Assembly: GCA_018882795.1 (NCBI GenBank)
Contig: VERJ01000002.1
Location: 12,049-76,048 of the forward strand
Origin: Burkholderiaceae bacterium
Lineage (GTDB): Bacteria; Pseudomonadota; Gammaproteobacteria; Burkholderiales; Burkholderiaceae_A
Direction: 5' to 3'
Length of the DNA stretch: 64,000 bases
Shown: in pieces, positions 20,313 to 30,158 of the stretch
Layout of the letters: each line of letters opens with the position of its first letter
How positions within the stretch are numbered: position 1 is the first letter of the stretch
Translations under genes and position numbers: made by a program
The notes under the pieces: model-generated
Seen by the model: the letters and a program-made list of their open reading frames with translations, nothing else
Told to the model about the DNA's origin: nothing
The model's database searches: none

Positions 20313-21212
20313 ATGGAACTCATTCTTCACGCGTTGCGCGACCTCCCCTTGCTTGTCAAAGCCCTGTTCATGGGGGTCGTCGAGGGGGTTACGGAATTCC
20401 TCCCGATTTCATCAACCGGCCACCTGATCTTGTTTGGGGCGCTATTGGGCTTCGATGATGCCCGTGCAAAGGTGTTTGATCTTGCGATCCAGACCGGGGC
20501 GATGGTGGCGGTCATTTGGAATTATCGTGAACGCTTTGGCCAGATCCTCAGCCGGGAGTTGCCGGCTTTTTTCGGGAAACTCCCTAGTGCCTTGTTGGAC
20601 CGACAGGTGCGGCTGCAGTGGTTCTCCGATCCCGCATGGCAACTGTCACGGCATCTGATGATTGCCTTCGTGCCTGCAGCCGTGTTGGGGCTGCTTTTTG
20701 GTAGTTGGATCAAGCAGGCGCTGTTTCATCCGGTGCCTGTTGCGACGGTGCTGATTCTGGGCGGCCTGGTGATTCTTTTCGTGGAGCGCTGGTGCCTTGC
20801 CAAGCCCCAACGGCTCCGTATCCAAGAGGTATCGGATCTGAATAATCTTGATGCCCTGAAACTCGGGATTGCCCAGGCCTTTGCCCTGATTCCTGGCACC
20901 AGCCGCTCCGGCGCCACGATTATCGGCGGCATGATTTTTGGCTTATCGCGCAGGGCTGCAACGGAGTTTTCGTTTTTTCTTGCGGTGCCAACACTGATCG
21001 CGGCTGGCGCCTATGACCTGCTGCGCAATCGCGCGTTGATTCGTCTGGAGGATCTTCCGATGTTTGGGCTGGGGCTGTTATCGGCCTATGTGTCGGCCCT
21101 GGTCGTGATTCGTTGGCTGATTCGCTGGGTGAGCCAGCACAGCTTTAACGGCTTTGCGGTCTATCGTATCCTGGCCGGCATGATTGTTTTGGTGGCCATT
21201 TATTTTTTTTGA
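20313..21212 (+). CDS. uppP: undecaprenyl-diphosphate phosphatase
   Basis: It carries VVEGVTEFLPISSTGHLIL and PGTSRSGATI motifs. Confidence 0.9.
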   Translation: MELILHALRDLPLLVKALFMGVVEGVTEFLPISSTGHLILFGALLGFDDARAKVFDLAIQTGAMVAVIWNYRERFGQILSRELPAFFGKLPSALLDRQVRLQWFSDPAWQLSRHLMIAFVPAAVLGLLFGSWIKQALFHPVPVATVLILGGLVILFVERWCLAKPQRLRIQEVSDLNNLDALKLGIAQAFALIPGTSRSGATIIGGMIFGLSRRAATEFSFFLAVPTLIAAGAYDLLRNRALIRLEDLPMFGLGLLSAYVSALVVIRWLIRWVSQHSFNGFAVYRILAGMIVLVAIYFF

Positions 21213-21880
21213 AAAATCAGGTCGGCCACCGGGTGACCAAGCCTTAGACCGCGGGTTTCGAATTTGGTGAGTGGGCGCCATGGTGGGCGATCCGAGAAAC
21301 CGCTGCCTGCGAGGTTCCTCAGCTGGGCCTGACCACTGCACACGGTGAGCATCTGATCCGCATAGTCGGGCCAATCGGTGGCCATGTGCAGAATGCCTCC
21401 TGCACTGATTCTTTTCACGAGCAACTCAATAAACTCTGGTTGAATCAGTCGCCGTTTATGGTGGCGTTTCTTGGGCCAAGGGTCGGGAAAATAAATGTGA
21501 ACAGCATCCAGTGATGCGACTGGAATCATGTGATTCAACACCTCGACCGCATCCCATTCGATGATACGAATATTCGAGAGCGACTCCTGCTCAATTCGCC
21601 GCAGCAGGGACCCCACACCTGGTCGATAGACGTCGATCGCAAGAATATTCCAGTCCGGATGAGTCTTTGCGATCGCTGCGGTGGTCTCACCCATACCGAA
21701 TCCGATCTCGAAAACGGTGTGGCCGTTGCGGTGAAAAACTGCTTGTAAATCAAGTGGTTCGGGCCGATAAGGAATGCCCCATATCGGAAATAATCGTTCG
21801 TGATGCGTACGTTGGGCCGCTGTGATGTGTCCTCCGCGCATGACAAAACTGCGGATGTGTTGGGGACGGGATTCTTGCAT
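21200..21880 (-). CDS. trmB: tRNA (guanine-N7)-methyltransferase
   Basis: It carries FEIGFGMGE, the YFPDPWPKKRHHKRR motif. Confidence 0.9.
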   Translation of the reverse strand: MQESRPQHIRSFVMRGGHITAAQRTHHERLFPIWGIPYRPEPLDLQAVFHRNGHTVFEIGFGMGETTAAIAKTHPDWNILAIDVYRPGVGSLLRRIEQESLSNIRIIEWDAVEVLNHMIPVASLDAVHIYFPDPWPKKRHHKRRLIQPEFIELLVKRISAGGILHMATDWPDYADQMLTVCSGQAQLRNLAGSGFSDRPPWRPLTKFETRGLRLGHPVADLIFQKK

Positions 21881-22027
21881 GGCCTATTCTTTGGTATCGT
21901 GCGGTCAGCGGGCGGGGTTTCCCGGAGTCCAAGACGCGGGAAAGTTTGAGTATGACCTGCTTTTTTAATTCCCGCCCCTGCTAAACTAGCGTTTCGTTCC
22001 AACAATTTGAGTGAGTATCCAACCACC

Positions 22028-22309
22028 ATGAATAAAGCAGAACTCGTTGAAGCAGTTGCCAGTGCCACCGATTCCTCCAAAGCCTCGGTAGATGAAGTGC
22101 TTAATGCAACCATTGCAACCATCATCAAAGCAGTCACCAAGGGAGATTCCGTGCAGCTCGTCGGTTTTGGAACCTTTGGTTCTGGAAAGCGTGCAGCACG
22201 CACCGGACGCAATCCTCGCACCGGGGAAACCATCAAAATCGCCGCAGCACGTACCGTGAAATTCACTGCAGGCAAGGCCTTCAAAGACGCTGTCAACAAG
22301 AAGAAGTAA
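22028..22309 (+). CDS. hupB: HU family DNA-binding protein
   Basis: It reads [11 protein letters not shown]...[29 protein letters not shown] 22007..22309 is trimmed to ATG 22028. Confidence 0.9.
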   Translation: MNKAELVEAVASATDSSKASVDEVLNATIATIIKAVTKGDSVQLVGFGTFGSGKRAARTGRNPRTGETIKIAAARTVKFTAGKAFKDAVNKKK

Positions 22310-22331
22310 GTCTTTTCCTGATATCGTCACA

Positions 22332-22357
22332 AGCCCAGGCAGTCCTGGGCTTTTTTA
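22332..22357 (+). terminator. rho-independent terminator after hupB
   Basis: The hairpin is AGCCCAGG-cagt-CCTGGGCT, followed by TTTTTTATTT. Confidence 0.8.
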
Positions 22358-22367
22358 TTTCAAGGCC

Positions 22368-23984
22368 ATGAATTCTCCACAAGTCCCTGTCGTCGTGATC
22401 GGTGCGGGCCTGGCCGGTCTCACGGTTGCCCTTCGTCTTGCGGATCACGGCAAGGTGGTGGTGCTTGCCAAGCGAGGCCGATCAGACTCTGCCACCGCCT
22501 GGGCGCAGGGGGGGATTGTAGGGGTGCTGGATCCCACCGATAGTGTCGAGGCACATGTTCATGACACCCTGCAGGCTGGTGCAGGTTTGGTGGTCGAATC
22601 GACTGCCCGCTGGATCTCCGAGCACAGCGCCGAGGCGATTCAGTGGCTCTTGCAGACTGGTGTGCCGTTTTCCCGAGATGACTCGGGCCCCTCGGGACTT
22701 CACCTCACCCGTGAGGGGGGGCATTCCATCCGACGTATTGCCCATGCTGCAGATGCCACGGGCAAGGCTATCCATGACACCCTGCTTGCGCGATGCCGTA
22801 ATCATCCGAATATCCAGATTCATGAGCATTGGATTGCGCTTGATCTGGTGACCAATCGGCACTGCAAATCAGCAGGACCGGATCGTTGTCATGGTGTGTA
22901 TGTCTTGGATATTGATCGTCACCGTGTGGAGTCTTTGGCAGCCAGCGCGGTCGTGTTGGCCTGCGGAGGCGTTGGTAAGGTCTATCGCTACACCAGTAAT
23001 CCAGACACATCGACAGGTGATGGCATTGCCATGGCCTGGCGTGCAGGTTGCCGTGTGGGCAACATGGAATTCATTCAGTTTCATCCGACCTGCCTTTATC
23101 ACGCACAGGACCGTACTTTTCTCATCACCGAGGCCTTACGCGGCGAAGGTGCGCAGCTTAAGATTCCTGGGGCACCGGCTGACGAAGCCCGATTCATGCT
23201 TGGCCATGACCCCAGGGCAGAGCTGGCGCCGCGGGATATCGTGGCCCGGGCGATTGATTTCGAGATGAAAAAGCGGGGCATTGATTTTGTGCATCTAGAT
23301 GCGACCCATCTGGGTGAGGCATTTCTTCAATCCCATTTCCCCACCATTTACAGCCGCTGCCTTGCGCTGGGTATCGATATTTCCCGTCAACCCATCCCGG
23401 TTGTCCCCGCAGCGCATTACACCTGCGGCGGTGTCGTTACTGATAACTGCGGCCGTACCGACCTGACCGGCCTGTATGCGGTGGGCGAGACCGCGTATAC
23501 CGGCCTGCATGGGGCCAATCGTCTTGCGAGCAACTCTCTGCTGGAATGTGTGGTGGTGGGTACTGCGGCCGCAGAAGCAATCCTTGCGTCCGCTGCGCCC
23601 CCGTTGGTGCAGATCCCTGCCTGGGATGAGAGTCAGGTTGAAAACGCCGACGAGCAGGTGGTGATTGCCCACAACTGGGATGAGTTGCGTCTGCTCATGT
23701 GGAACTATGTCGGCATCGTACGCACGACCAAGCGCCTGGAGCGGGCCCTGCATCGGATTGAGTTGTTGCAGTCCGAAGTGCAGGAGTACTACTCAAATTT
23801 TCGAGTTACCAGCGATCTGTTGGAGTTAAGGAATCTTCTGGTCTGCGCGGAGCTGATCGTGCGTTCCGCGCTGGACCGCCGAGAAAGCCGTGGCCTGCAT
23901 TTTAGCCGCGATTATCCCGAGACACTACCCATCGCCTATCCCACAATCCTGTCGCCATTGCGTGCAGTCACTCGCAGCGAGTAA
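22368..23984 (+). CDS. nadB: L-aspartate oxidase
   Basis: It has an FAD dinucleotide fold (VVVIGAGLAGL), WAQGGI, the HPTCLY region, and RESRGLHFSRDYP at the C-terminus. Confidence 0.9.
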   Translation: MNSPQVPVVVIGAGLAGLTVALRLADHGKVVVLAKRGRSDSATAWAQGGIVGVLDPTDSVEAHVHDTLQAGAGLVVESTARWISEHSAEAIQWLLQTGVPFSRDDSGPSGLHLTREGGHSIRRIAHAADATGKAIHDTLLARCRNHPNIQIHEHWIALDLVTNRHCKSAGPDRCHGVYVLDIDRHRVESLAASAVVLACGGVGKVYRYTSNPDTSTGDGIAMAWRAGCRVGNMEFIQFHPTCLYHAQDRTFLITEALRGEGAQLKIPGAPADEARFMLGHDPRAELAPRDIVARAIDFEMKKRGIDFVHLDATHLGEAFLQSHFPTIYSRCLALGIDISRQPIPVVPAAHYTCGGVVTDNCGRTDLTGLYAVGETAYTGLHGANRLASNSLLECVVVGTAAAEAILASAAPPLVQIPAWDESQVENADEQVVIAHNWDELRLLMWNYVGIVRTTKRLERALHRIELLQSEVQEYYSNFRVTSDLLELRNLLVCAELIVRSALDRRESRGLHFSRDYPETLPIAYPTILSPLRAVTRSE

Positions 23985-24814
23985 TCAATCGCTTTGATGT
24001 CTTTGGTGATCTGGCCGATTGAGATTCGGTCCACACCGGTGGCGGCAATCGTCTGAATGGTTTCCAGCGTGATGCCGCCGGAAGCCTCTAGCAACGCACG
24101 GCCCCGATTCATTGCTACTGCTTGTCGCATCAATTCAGGCGAGAAGTTATCGATCAGAATACTTTCGGCCCCTGCCGCTAATGCCTCTTGCATTTCCTCT
24201 AGATTTTCTACTTCGATCTGAATGGGCACCCCAGCGTTCAGGGATCGCGCAGTAGTGAGCGCTGCCGTGATCGAGCCTGCAGCCATGATGTGGTTTTCCT
24301 TGATCAGGATGCCATCCCACAGGGCCATGCGTTGATTGGATCCGCCGCCAATACGCACAGCGTATTTCTGAGCCTGACGCAGACCAGGAATTGTTTTGCG
24401 CGTATCGAGCACCACACAACCACGCGGGTTGGGGCTTTTGCCAGCGATGGCCTCCACATAGCGTTGGGTCTGTGTTGCGGTGCTTGATAGCAGCTGCAGG
24501 AAATTCATCGCGGATCGCTCTGCGGTGAGCAGGCTGCGGGCATTCGCACGGATATCGCAGACAACTGAATCAGCAGCGAGGCGTTCACCGTCAGCGGCAT
24601 GCCAGTGGATACTGGCGTTTGGATCCAGCCGGGTGATGCAGCCTGAAAACCATTCCTGGCCACAGAGCACAGCCGGTTCCCGTACCCTCAGCTGCGCCTG
24701 TGCTTCCGTGTTGACATCGATCAGCAGTGCAGTCCAGTCGGCCATGCCGATGTCTTCGCGCAAGGCATCTTCGATATTACGTCGACGGGCCTCTTCCAGG
24801 GTTTCGTGACTCAT
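23936..24814 (-). CDS. nadC: nicotinate-nucleotide pyrophosphorylase (carboxylating)
   Basis: It has QPRTase length and motifs ([26 protein letters not shown]). It lies in a nadA-nadC operon. Confidence 0.9.
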   Translation of the reverse strand: MSHETLEEARRRNIEDALREDIGMADWTALLIDVNTEAQAQLRVREPAVLCGQEWFSGCITRLDPNASIHWHAADGERLAADSVVCDIRANARSLLTAERSAMNFLQLLSSTATQTQRYVEAIAGKSPNPRGCVVLDTRKTIPGLRQAQKYAVRIGGGSNQRMALWDGILIKENHIMAAGSITAALTTARSLNAGVPIQIEVENLEEMQEALAAGAESILIDNFSPELMRQAVAMNRGRALLEASGGITLETIQTIAATGVDRISIGQITKDIKAIDYSLRVTARNGDRIVG

Positions 24815-25917
24815 GCGGCGCCGATATTGGGCACCAGGCCCTGGGGTGCTGACACGGGGTAGCGCTGCGTGAAATCAAGCATGCGCTCAATGCAGGCGAG
24901 TGCTTTCGCACGGATCGCTGCATCAACATGAATTTCCCCTGATTTCTGGGTGAGGCAGTTCAGTACGCCTCGCAAGCCATTCATCGCCATCCAGGGGCAG
25001 TGGGCGCAGCTCTTACAGGTGGCGCTCTCGCCCGCGGTGGGCGCCTCGATCAGTGTCTTGCCGGGTGCGAGCTGCTGCATACGATGAAAGAGTCCCTTAT
25101 CTGTGGCGACAATGTAACGCTCTGCCTTGCCTTCGATCACCGCTTTGAGCAGGGCGGAGGTTGAGCCGACAACATCCGCCTGGGCCACAACTCCTGCTGG
25201 CGATTCGGGATGTACTAGCACCTTTGCTCCCGGATGCGCACGACGCAGCATGGTCAACTCTTCGCTTTTGAATTCATTGTGGACGATGCAGTCGCCATTC
25301 CAGAGCACCATATCAGCGCCAGTCTGCTCCTGAATGTAGTGGCCAAGATGTCGATCTGGGGCCCAGAGTATTTTTTCCCCTTGTGACTTTAGATAATTCA
25401 CGATCGGCAGGGCGCATGAACTGGTCACCATCCAATCAGCCCGGGCCTTCACGGCAGCGCTGGTATTGGCGTACACCACCACCGTCCTGTCCGGATGTGC
25501 ATCGCAGAATTCACCGAATGCATCCGCCGGACAGCCCAAATCGAGTGAGCAGGTGGCATCCAGATCCGGCATGAGCACAGTCTTCTCCGGGCTGAGAATC
25601 TTGGCCGTTTCTCCCATGAAGCGCACGCCCGCAACAATCAGTGTCTGAGCGGGATGATTGCGGCCAAAACGGGCCATCTCTAAGGAGTCGGCAACACAGC
25701 CTCCAGTCTCAATTGCCAGATCCTGCACATCACCATCCACATAGTAGTGGGCAATCAGCAAGGCATTGCGGCGTTTTAGTTCGGCCCTGATCGCCTCTTG
25801 TATCTTGAACTTCTCCACTTGCTCAAGAGCGGGAGTCACTTTGGCCCAGGCCTGGGAAATGCAGGTGGCGCCCTCTGCGTTTTGCAGGGTGAAGTCATAG
25901 GGCGTCATATCTGGCAT
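24811..25917 (-). CDS. nadA: quinolinate synthase
   Basis: 368 aa NadA-type protein with conserved Cys residues ([16 protein letters not shown]). Its stop overlaps the nadC start. Confidence 0.9.
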   Translation of the reverse strand: MPDMTPYDFTLQNAEGATCISQAWAKVTPALEQVEKFKIQEAIRAELKRRNALLIAHYYVDGDVQDLAIETGGCVADSLEMARFGRNHPAQTLIVAGVRFMGETAKILSPEKTVLMPDLDATCSLDLGCPADAFGEFCDAHPDRTVVVYANTSAAVKARADWMVTSSCALPIVNYLKSQGEKILWAPDRHLGHYIQEQTGADMVLWNGDCIVHNEFKSEELTMLRRAHPGAKVLVHPESPAGVVAQADVVGSTSALLKAVIEGKAERYIVATDKGLFHRMQQLAPGKTLIEAPTAGESATCKSCAHCPWMAMNGLRGVLNCLTQKSGEIHVDAAIRAKALACIERMLDFTQRYPVSAPQGLVPNIGAA

Positions 25918-25949
25918 AAGTATTCGCGATAAAAATGCATGGTGGTTAA

Positions 25950-26023
25950 TGGAGCGGGTGAAGGGGATCGAACCCTCGTCTAAAGCTTGGGAAGCTTTCG
26001 TTCTGCCATTGAACTACACCCGC
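25950..26023 (-). tRNA. tRNA-Gly (anticodon CCC)
   Basis: The reverse complement is GCGGGTGTAGTTCAATGGCAGAACGAAAGCTTCCCAAGCTTTAGACGAGGGTTCGATCCCCTTCACCCGCTCCA. It folds as a cloverleaf with anticodon loop TTCCCAA, a TTCGATC T-loop, and an encoded CCA. Confidence 0.9.
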
Positions 26024-26045
26024 CCGGGTTTGCTGTACTCAAATT

Positions 26046-26465
26046 ATGAAGTTTTTGCTAGACTCCAGGCCTTCTGATCGTGCAATCACTCTCCTATATT
26101 CCGTGAACAAGAGGCCCCCTGTGAATGCCTGGCTCAATCTTCGGCAACTGATCGATGCCGTGGGCGCTGATGCTGAATACCGATCCATCGATGAACGCAG
26201 TCAGCGCCTGCTGGAATGGATTGTCGTCAATTATGCCCCCGACCGTCCGATGTTTGTTCAGACCGTCGTGATGAAGTCCGATGTGGCCTCTCCAGCCACC
26301 ATCCATAAGGGTCTGTCTATCCTTGAGCGGGAGGGCATGATTTCGGTCAAGATCGACCCGGAAGATACCCGTCGCCGTATCGTGAGCCCCACTGATCGTG
26401 CCAAGAAACTCATGAATCGGCTCTCGCGTCAGGTAAAGGCCTGGGCAGAGGCACTGTCCGATTGA
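26046..26465 (+). CDS. putative winged-helix (MarR-like) transcriptional regulator
   Basis: 139 aa. The segment VMKSDVASPATIHKGLSILEREGMISVKIDPEDTRRRIVSPTDRAKKL looks like a MarR recognition helix, wing and C-terminal helix. The start is uncertain. Confidence 0.45.
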   Translation: MKFLLDSRPSDRAITLLYSVNKRPPVNAWLNLRQLIDAVGADAEYRSIDERSQRLLEWIVVNYAPDRPMFVQTVVMKSDVASPATIHKGLSILEREGMISVKIDPEDTRRRIVSPTDRAKKLMNRLSRQVKAWAEALSD

Positions 26466-27049
26466 GCCCTCAGGGGGCTTGGTTACCAGAGCGTCCCCTT
26501 TGGTGGGGCTTTAGCTTCGCTCTATTGTTTGTTTTGCTGCATGGCCTGACCACTCTGCTCGGGCCTGTGGTGGATATCGTTCCAGGTAAGGTTTCCCTGA
26601 TTTATTTACCGGCGTTTGCGCGGGTAGTTTCCGTGGTCGTTGCCGGAGCGGCGGGTGCCGCGGGGATCGCAGCAGGCAGTCTGTTCCTGAGTCTCTACAT
26701 TTACGACACGTCCGCCGTTGAGGCGTTCAGCATCGCCGCGGCCTCCTCTTTGGGGATCCTGACTGCTTATTGGGTCCTGCGGCATGCAATGGCAACACCG
26801 AAATTGCCGATCCGACTATCGTCCCTAATGGTTCTAACGGGGCTTTATTGCACATTTAACGCCATATTTCATGGCCTCATTTGGGACTTCTTTCTCATGG
26901 TCGACGATCTGACCCCAAAGGAGTTGACCTTCATGATTCTTGGGGATTTTCTTGGTGTCGTTGTGATGTTTGCGGCCCTGCGATTTGCGGTTCGCCTGTT
27001 TCGGCGTTTCAATTCTGGCTCTGATACCTCATCAGGCAGTCTCACCTAA
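26462..27049 (+). CDS. hypothetical polytopic membrane protein
   Basis: 195 aa with about 5-6 hydrophobic helices. Its TTG start overlaps the upstream stop (TTGA). I recognise no family. Confidence 0.5.
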   Translation: MSPQGAWLPERPLWWGFSFALLFVLLHGLTTLLGPVVDIVPGKVSLIYLPAFARVVSVVVAGAAGAAGIAAGSLFLSLYIYDTSAVEAFSIAAASSLGILTAYWVLRHAMATPKLPIRLSSLMVLTGLYCTFNAIFHGLIWDFFLMVDDLTPKELTFMILGDFLGVVVMFAALRFAVRLFRRFNSGSDTSSGSLT

Positions 27050-27050
27050 A

Positions 27051-28586
27051 TCAGTCGGTTTTCGGGGCGCCTTGTTTTAGGGTCTTGATAATGTCCAGGC
27101 TCGTTGCATCGAGTAGCTCAGCGGCAATCCCAATTTGTGTGGAATCAAGTGCTTGTGTCGCAGTGTGGGCGATACGTTTGCCAAGTTCTACGCCCCATTG
27201 ATCGAAGGGATTCACATTGCTCAGCGCTGCAAGGCACAGCACGCGGTGCTCCCAGAGCGCGATCAGACTACCCAGGCTTCGTCCATCAAGCCGATCCAGT
27301 ATCAGGATATTGATGGGATGCCCGCCAGGGCAGGTTTTTTGGGGGTCCTCATCCCGCGCACCAATCGATAGCGCCTGAGCCTGAGCGATCAGATTGGCGA
27401 GCACGGCATGGTGGCTGGATATCAGTTCATGATCGGGCGTCAGGATTCCGATCAGGTCTACGCCAACCCGGGATACTCCCTGGTGCAGCAACTGAAAAAA
27501 AGCATGCTGAGCATTAGTACCGACATCGCCCCAGAGAATCGGACATGCTGGATGGTCCAATCGATTGCCGTCGTTATCAACGCTCTTGCCCAGCGATTCC
27601 ATCCAGAGTTGTTTCAGGTAGGGCAGTAGAAGATCAAGCCGACTGTCATAGGCCGAGACCATCAGGGTGGGTATTGATCGGGTATGCAGATTATGGAAGT
27701 CGGTCGCGGCCAGCAAGGCAGGCAGGTTCTCTTCCAGTGGCGTATCCAGAAAATGGCAGTCCATTTCTACTCCGCCCTTAAGCACATCATCAACAACCGC
27801 ATTGCCTAATACGATACGTGCCGTGACTGATACAGGGCCCCATAGAGAAAACCGCCCCCCGATGCTCTCATCGAACCACAGGGTCTGTGCGGCAGAAATC
27901 CCCCAATGTGCCGCCCGCTCGGGCTGGGCAGTGACTGCGATAAAGTTTTTTTGTGGGTCCCTAATTCCAGCCTGCCTCATCCACGACAAGCACTGCGTTG
28001 CATTGGTAAGGGTTTCCAGTGTGGTGAATGATTTGCTCACCACGATAATCAGTGTCTGTGTTGGGTCCAGGCCCGACAGGCAATGCACCAACGCATGGGC
28101 ATCAAGATTCGGTAAAAAATGTGCTCGAATCCCGGCGTGCTGTTTTATTGGACGAAGCGCCTTAATCAGCAGATGGGGGCCTGTGTCTGAGCCGCCGATG
28201 CCTAGATGTACGATATCCGTACAGGCCCTGTTACTGGAGGTCCTCAGCTCCCCGTCGCGGATTTGATTTGCGATGCGCCGTGTCTGCTCATGGGTGAGCC
28301 GCATGCTTGGAATCAGGTCATCGCCATTAGGGGCAAAGCGTGTGGGCAGCATCACGGCTGGGTTTTCTACACCGGCCAGCCGGAGTGCCCAGTGGCCCGC
28401 AGCGCGGCGCTCGGACTGGTTGATTTTTTTTCCAGCGAAGCAGGCAGTGCGCAGTGCCCTGATGCTTTCTGCGACTTGTTCAGACGCAAGCAGGGCAAGG
28501 CCCATATCCGATTCCGAGGCGCGCCATTGACGGGCCCGGCTCAGCCTGAGCCGCGGCCCCTGCAGCCAGATGTCGGAGGTGCGCAT
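27051..28586 (-). CDS. pgi: glucose-6-phosphate isomerase
   Basis: PGI motifs include HLGIGGSDTGP, VVSKSFTTLET and GGRFSLWGPV, and the length is about 510 aa. The first ATG is at 28586; 28610 is TTG. Confidence 0.85.
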   Translation of the reverse strand: MRTSDIWLQGPRLRLSRARQWRASESDMGLALLASEQVAESIRALRTACFAGKKINQSERRAAGHWALRLAGVENPAVMLPTRFAPNGDDLIPSMRLTHEQTRRIANQIRDGELRTSSNRACTDIVHLGIGGSDTGPHLLIKALRPIKQHAGIRAHFLPNLDAHALVHCLSGLDPTQTLIIVVSKSFTTLETLTNATQCLSWMRQAGIRDPQKNFIAVTAQPERAAHWGISAAQTLWFDESIGGRFSLWGPVSVTARIVLGNAVVDDVLKGGVEMDCHFLDTPLEENLPALLAATDFHNLHTRSIPTLMVSAYDSRLDLLLPYLKQLWMESLGKSVDNDGNRLDHPACPILWGDVGTNAQHAFFQLLHQGVSRVGVDLIGILTPDHELISSHHAVLANLIAQAQALSIGARDEDPQKTCPGGHPINILILDRLDGRSLGSLIALWEHRVLCLAALSNVNPFDQWGVELGKRIAHTATQALDSTQIGIAAELLDATSLDIIKTLKQGAPKTD

Positions 28587-28660
28587 TTTGCGATTGTAAA
28601 GTGAGCGCAACCTAGCCAGCGCCCCGGCCGCAGAGCGGGCCGAGTTCCTTTGCTGATGCG

Positions 28661-29119
28661 CTAGCGTTGGCTCAGGCAGCTTTCCTTTCGGACGGTGGCC
28701 AGATACGTGGGTTCGTGATCGTTGTCAATTGCCATTGACGCAAAGCGTTCGCGCTCGCGAAGCCGCCCCAGAATGGACTGCATCACGGGGTGATTGGGTC
28801 CGAGCGTGCCGATGTTCTGCATCAGAATTGCCCGATGTTCCTGGTGATGCGCAGTTAGCTGTTGTTTCACCGTCTCCAGGCAGGCGGCCCGCTCAGACGG
28901 TGATTTTGTTTGCATGAGGCAGATGCTGCGGTTTTCGCTCGCCCAACGGATCCAGGGCTCCGTGAAATGGCGCTCTTCCTCGCAGAATTTTTCGAGCTGA
29001 GCCCCCGACATGGCAGGCTGTTGCCGAATTGCGCTCTGTTGCGCTTGTGCAAGTATCGGGTGGCCTAACCAGAGGCCGAAGAGGACGATCACACAAAATT
29101 GTGATCCCCGGCCTGACAT
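28661..29119 (-). CDS. hypothetical secreted protein
   Basis: 152 aa with an N-terminal signal-like segment (VIVLFGLWLGHPILAQA/QQ). I recognise no family. It lies 6 nt downstream of the RodZ-like gene. Confidence 0.45.
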   Translation of the reverse strand: MSGRGSQFCVIVLFGLWLGHPILAQAQQSAIRQQPAMSGAQLEKFCEEERHFTEPWIRWASENRSICLMQTKSPSERAACLETVKQQLTAHHQEHRAILMQNIGTLGPNHPVMQSILGRLRERERFASMAIDNDHEPTYLATVRKESCLSQR

Positions 29120-29124
29120 CGGTT

Positions 29125-30039
29125 CTATTCCTTGATCTGGTTCAGAATGACCAGTGCCCGCGGTGGTGAATCTTGAGTAATAAAGGGGCCCAGATTCACG
29201 GGTTTCCCTCTGATGCTCAGGCTGGCTTTTTCAGGCTGACCAAATACGACGGCCGCGGTCTCATTTGCAGCGAACTCGACCTTCTGTCCTGGCTCGGCCT
29301 TGAGATTGATTTTTTCGCCGCTGTTTTTCACAACTTGCACCCAGGTGGAGGTCTGTAATGTCAGCTGACCATCATTGGTTTTTATGGTTGTTGGAGGGGG
29401 TGTCGGGGCCACTGCGGCCTTGGTCGGTTCGGCCGTTGGCTTGACTTCGGCGGGTTTCATTTCTTCTTGTATCGGCTGCGCGGGGGCGGTCACAGTGGTT
29501 GTAGCAGTGACGGCTGACTCCCGCTTGGCAGCTGGATCCACGCTGATCCTCAGAATACCCAGGGTGATCAGGCACACTGCCGCAAACGCGATCCATCCCC
29601 AGCGAACTCCGCCGGACTTCGCGCCCGCGGAGGGTTGCATTTCTGCCGGCTCCCCCGCAGTGGTTTCGATCGTGGGTGCAGGGACTGCTGTGTTGTTGTC
29701 CACTGCTGATGCCGTCGTTGAGGCTGGGGGTTGTGCCAAGACAACGACAGAATCAGGAGTGGTTGATACTTGGACTGGTTGTGGGTCTGGGGTAGGTGCT
29801 GCCGGGATTTCCGGCAAGTCAACACCCAAGAAAGCCGCATAGCGGTTGGCGGCCTGCATGAAGTAACCAGGATTGTAGAAGGGGCGCAGATCTCCGGATT
29901 CGATCGCCCTGAGCTGGGCGGGGGACAGCGCAATCCTGAAAGCGGCCTCGGCCAGGTTATCTCCCCGCTTTTCCCGGGCAGATTTCAATGTTTCACTGAT
30001 CACCCTAAGTTGGGACTCTGCAAGTTGTACAGGTGACAT
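29125..30039 (-). CDS. RodZ-like HTH/DUF4115 membrane protein
   Basis: It has an N-terminal XRE-type HTH (LKSAREKRGDNLAEAAFRIALSPAQLRAIESGD), a Pro/Thr/Ala-rich linker and one TM segment. The C-terminal beta domain reads TWVQVVKNSGEKINLKAEPGQKVEF...LSIRGKPV. Confidence 0.6.
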   Translation of the reverse strand: MSPVQLAESQLRVISETLKSAREKRGDNLAEAAFRIALSPAQLRAIESGDLRPFYNPGYFMQAANRYAAFLGVDLPEIPAAPTPDPQPVQVSTTPDSVVVLAQPPASTTASAVDNNTAVPAPTIETTAGEPAEMQPSAGAKSGGVRWGWIAFAAVCLITLGILRISVDPAAKRESAVTATTTVTAPAQPIQEEMKPAEVKPTAEPTKAAVAPTPPPTTIKTNDGQLTLQTSTWVQVVKNSGEKINLKAEPGQKVEFAANETAAVVFGQPEKASLSIRGKPVNLGPFITQDSPPRALVILNQIKE

Positions 30040-30158
30040 AGGAGTGCCCGTTTCGCGTGCCGTTCAAGTGAAAAGGGGTGAAATTAACCGGCGAAAGCCT
30101 TTCGGGCAACGCCCTAAGGTACGCTTATTTTCACACATAAAGATGTGAGAATGCCGTT

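Noticed and set aside
21535-22299. 254-aa minus-strand ORF spanning the hupB and trmB regions.
   Set aside because: It is antisense to two confidently identified genes. Its composition is low-complexity and Ala/Ser/Arg-rich, it has no recognisable motifs, and it would cross the trmB promoter region.
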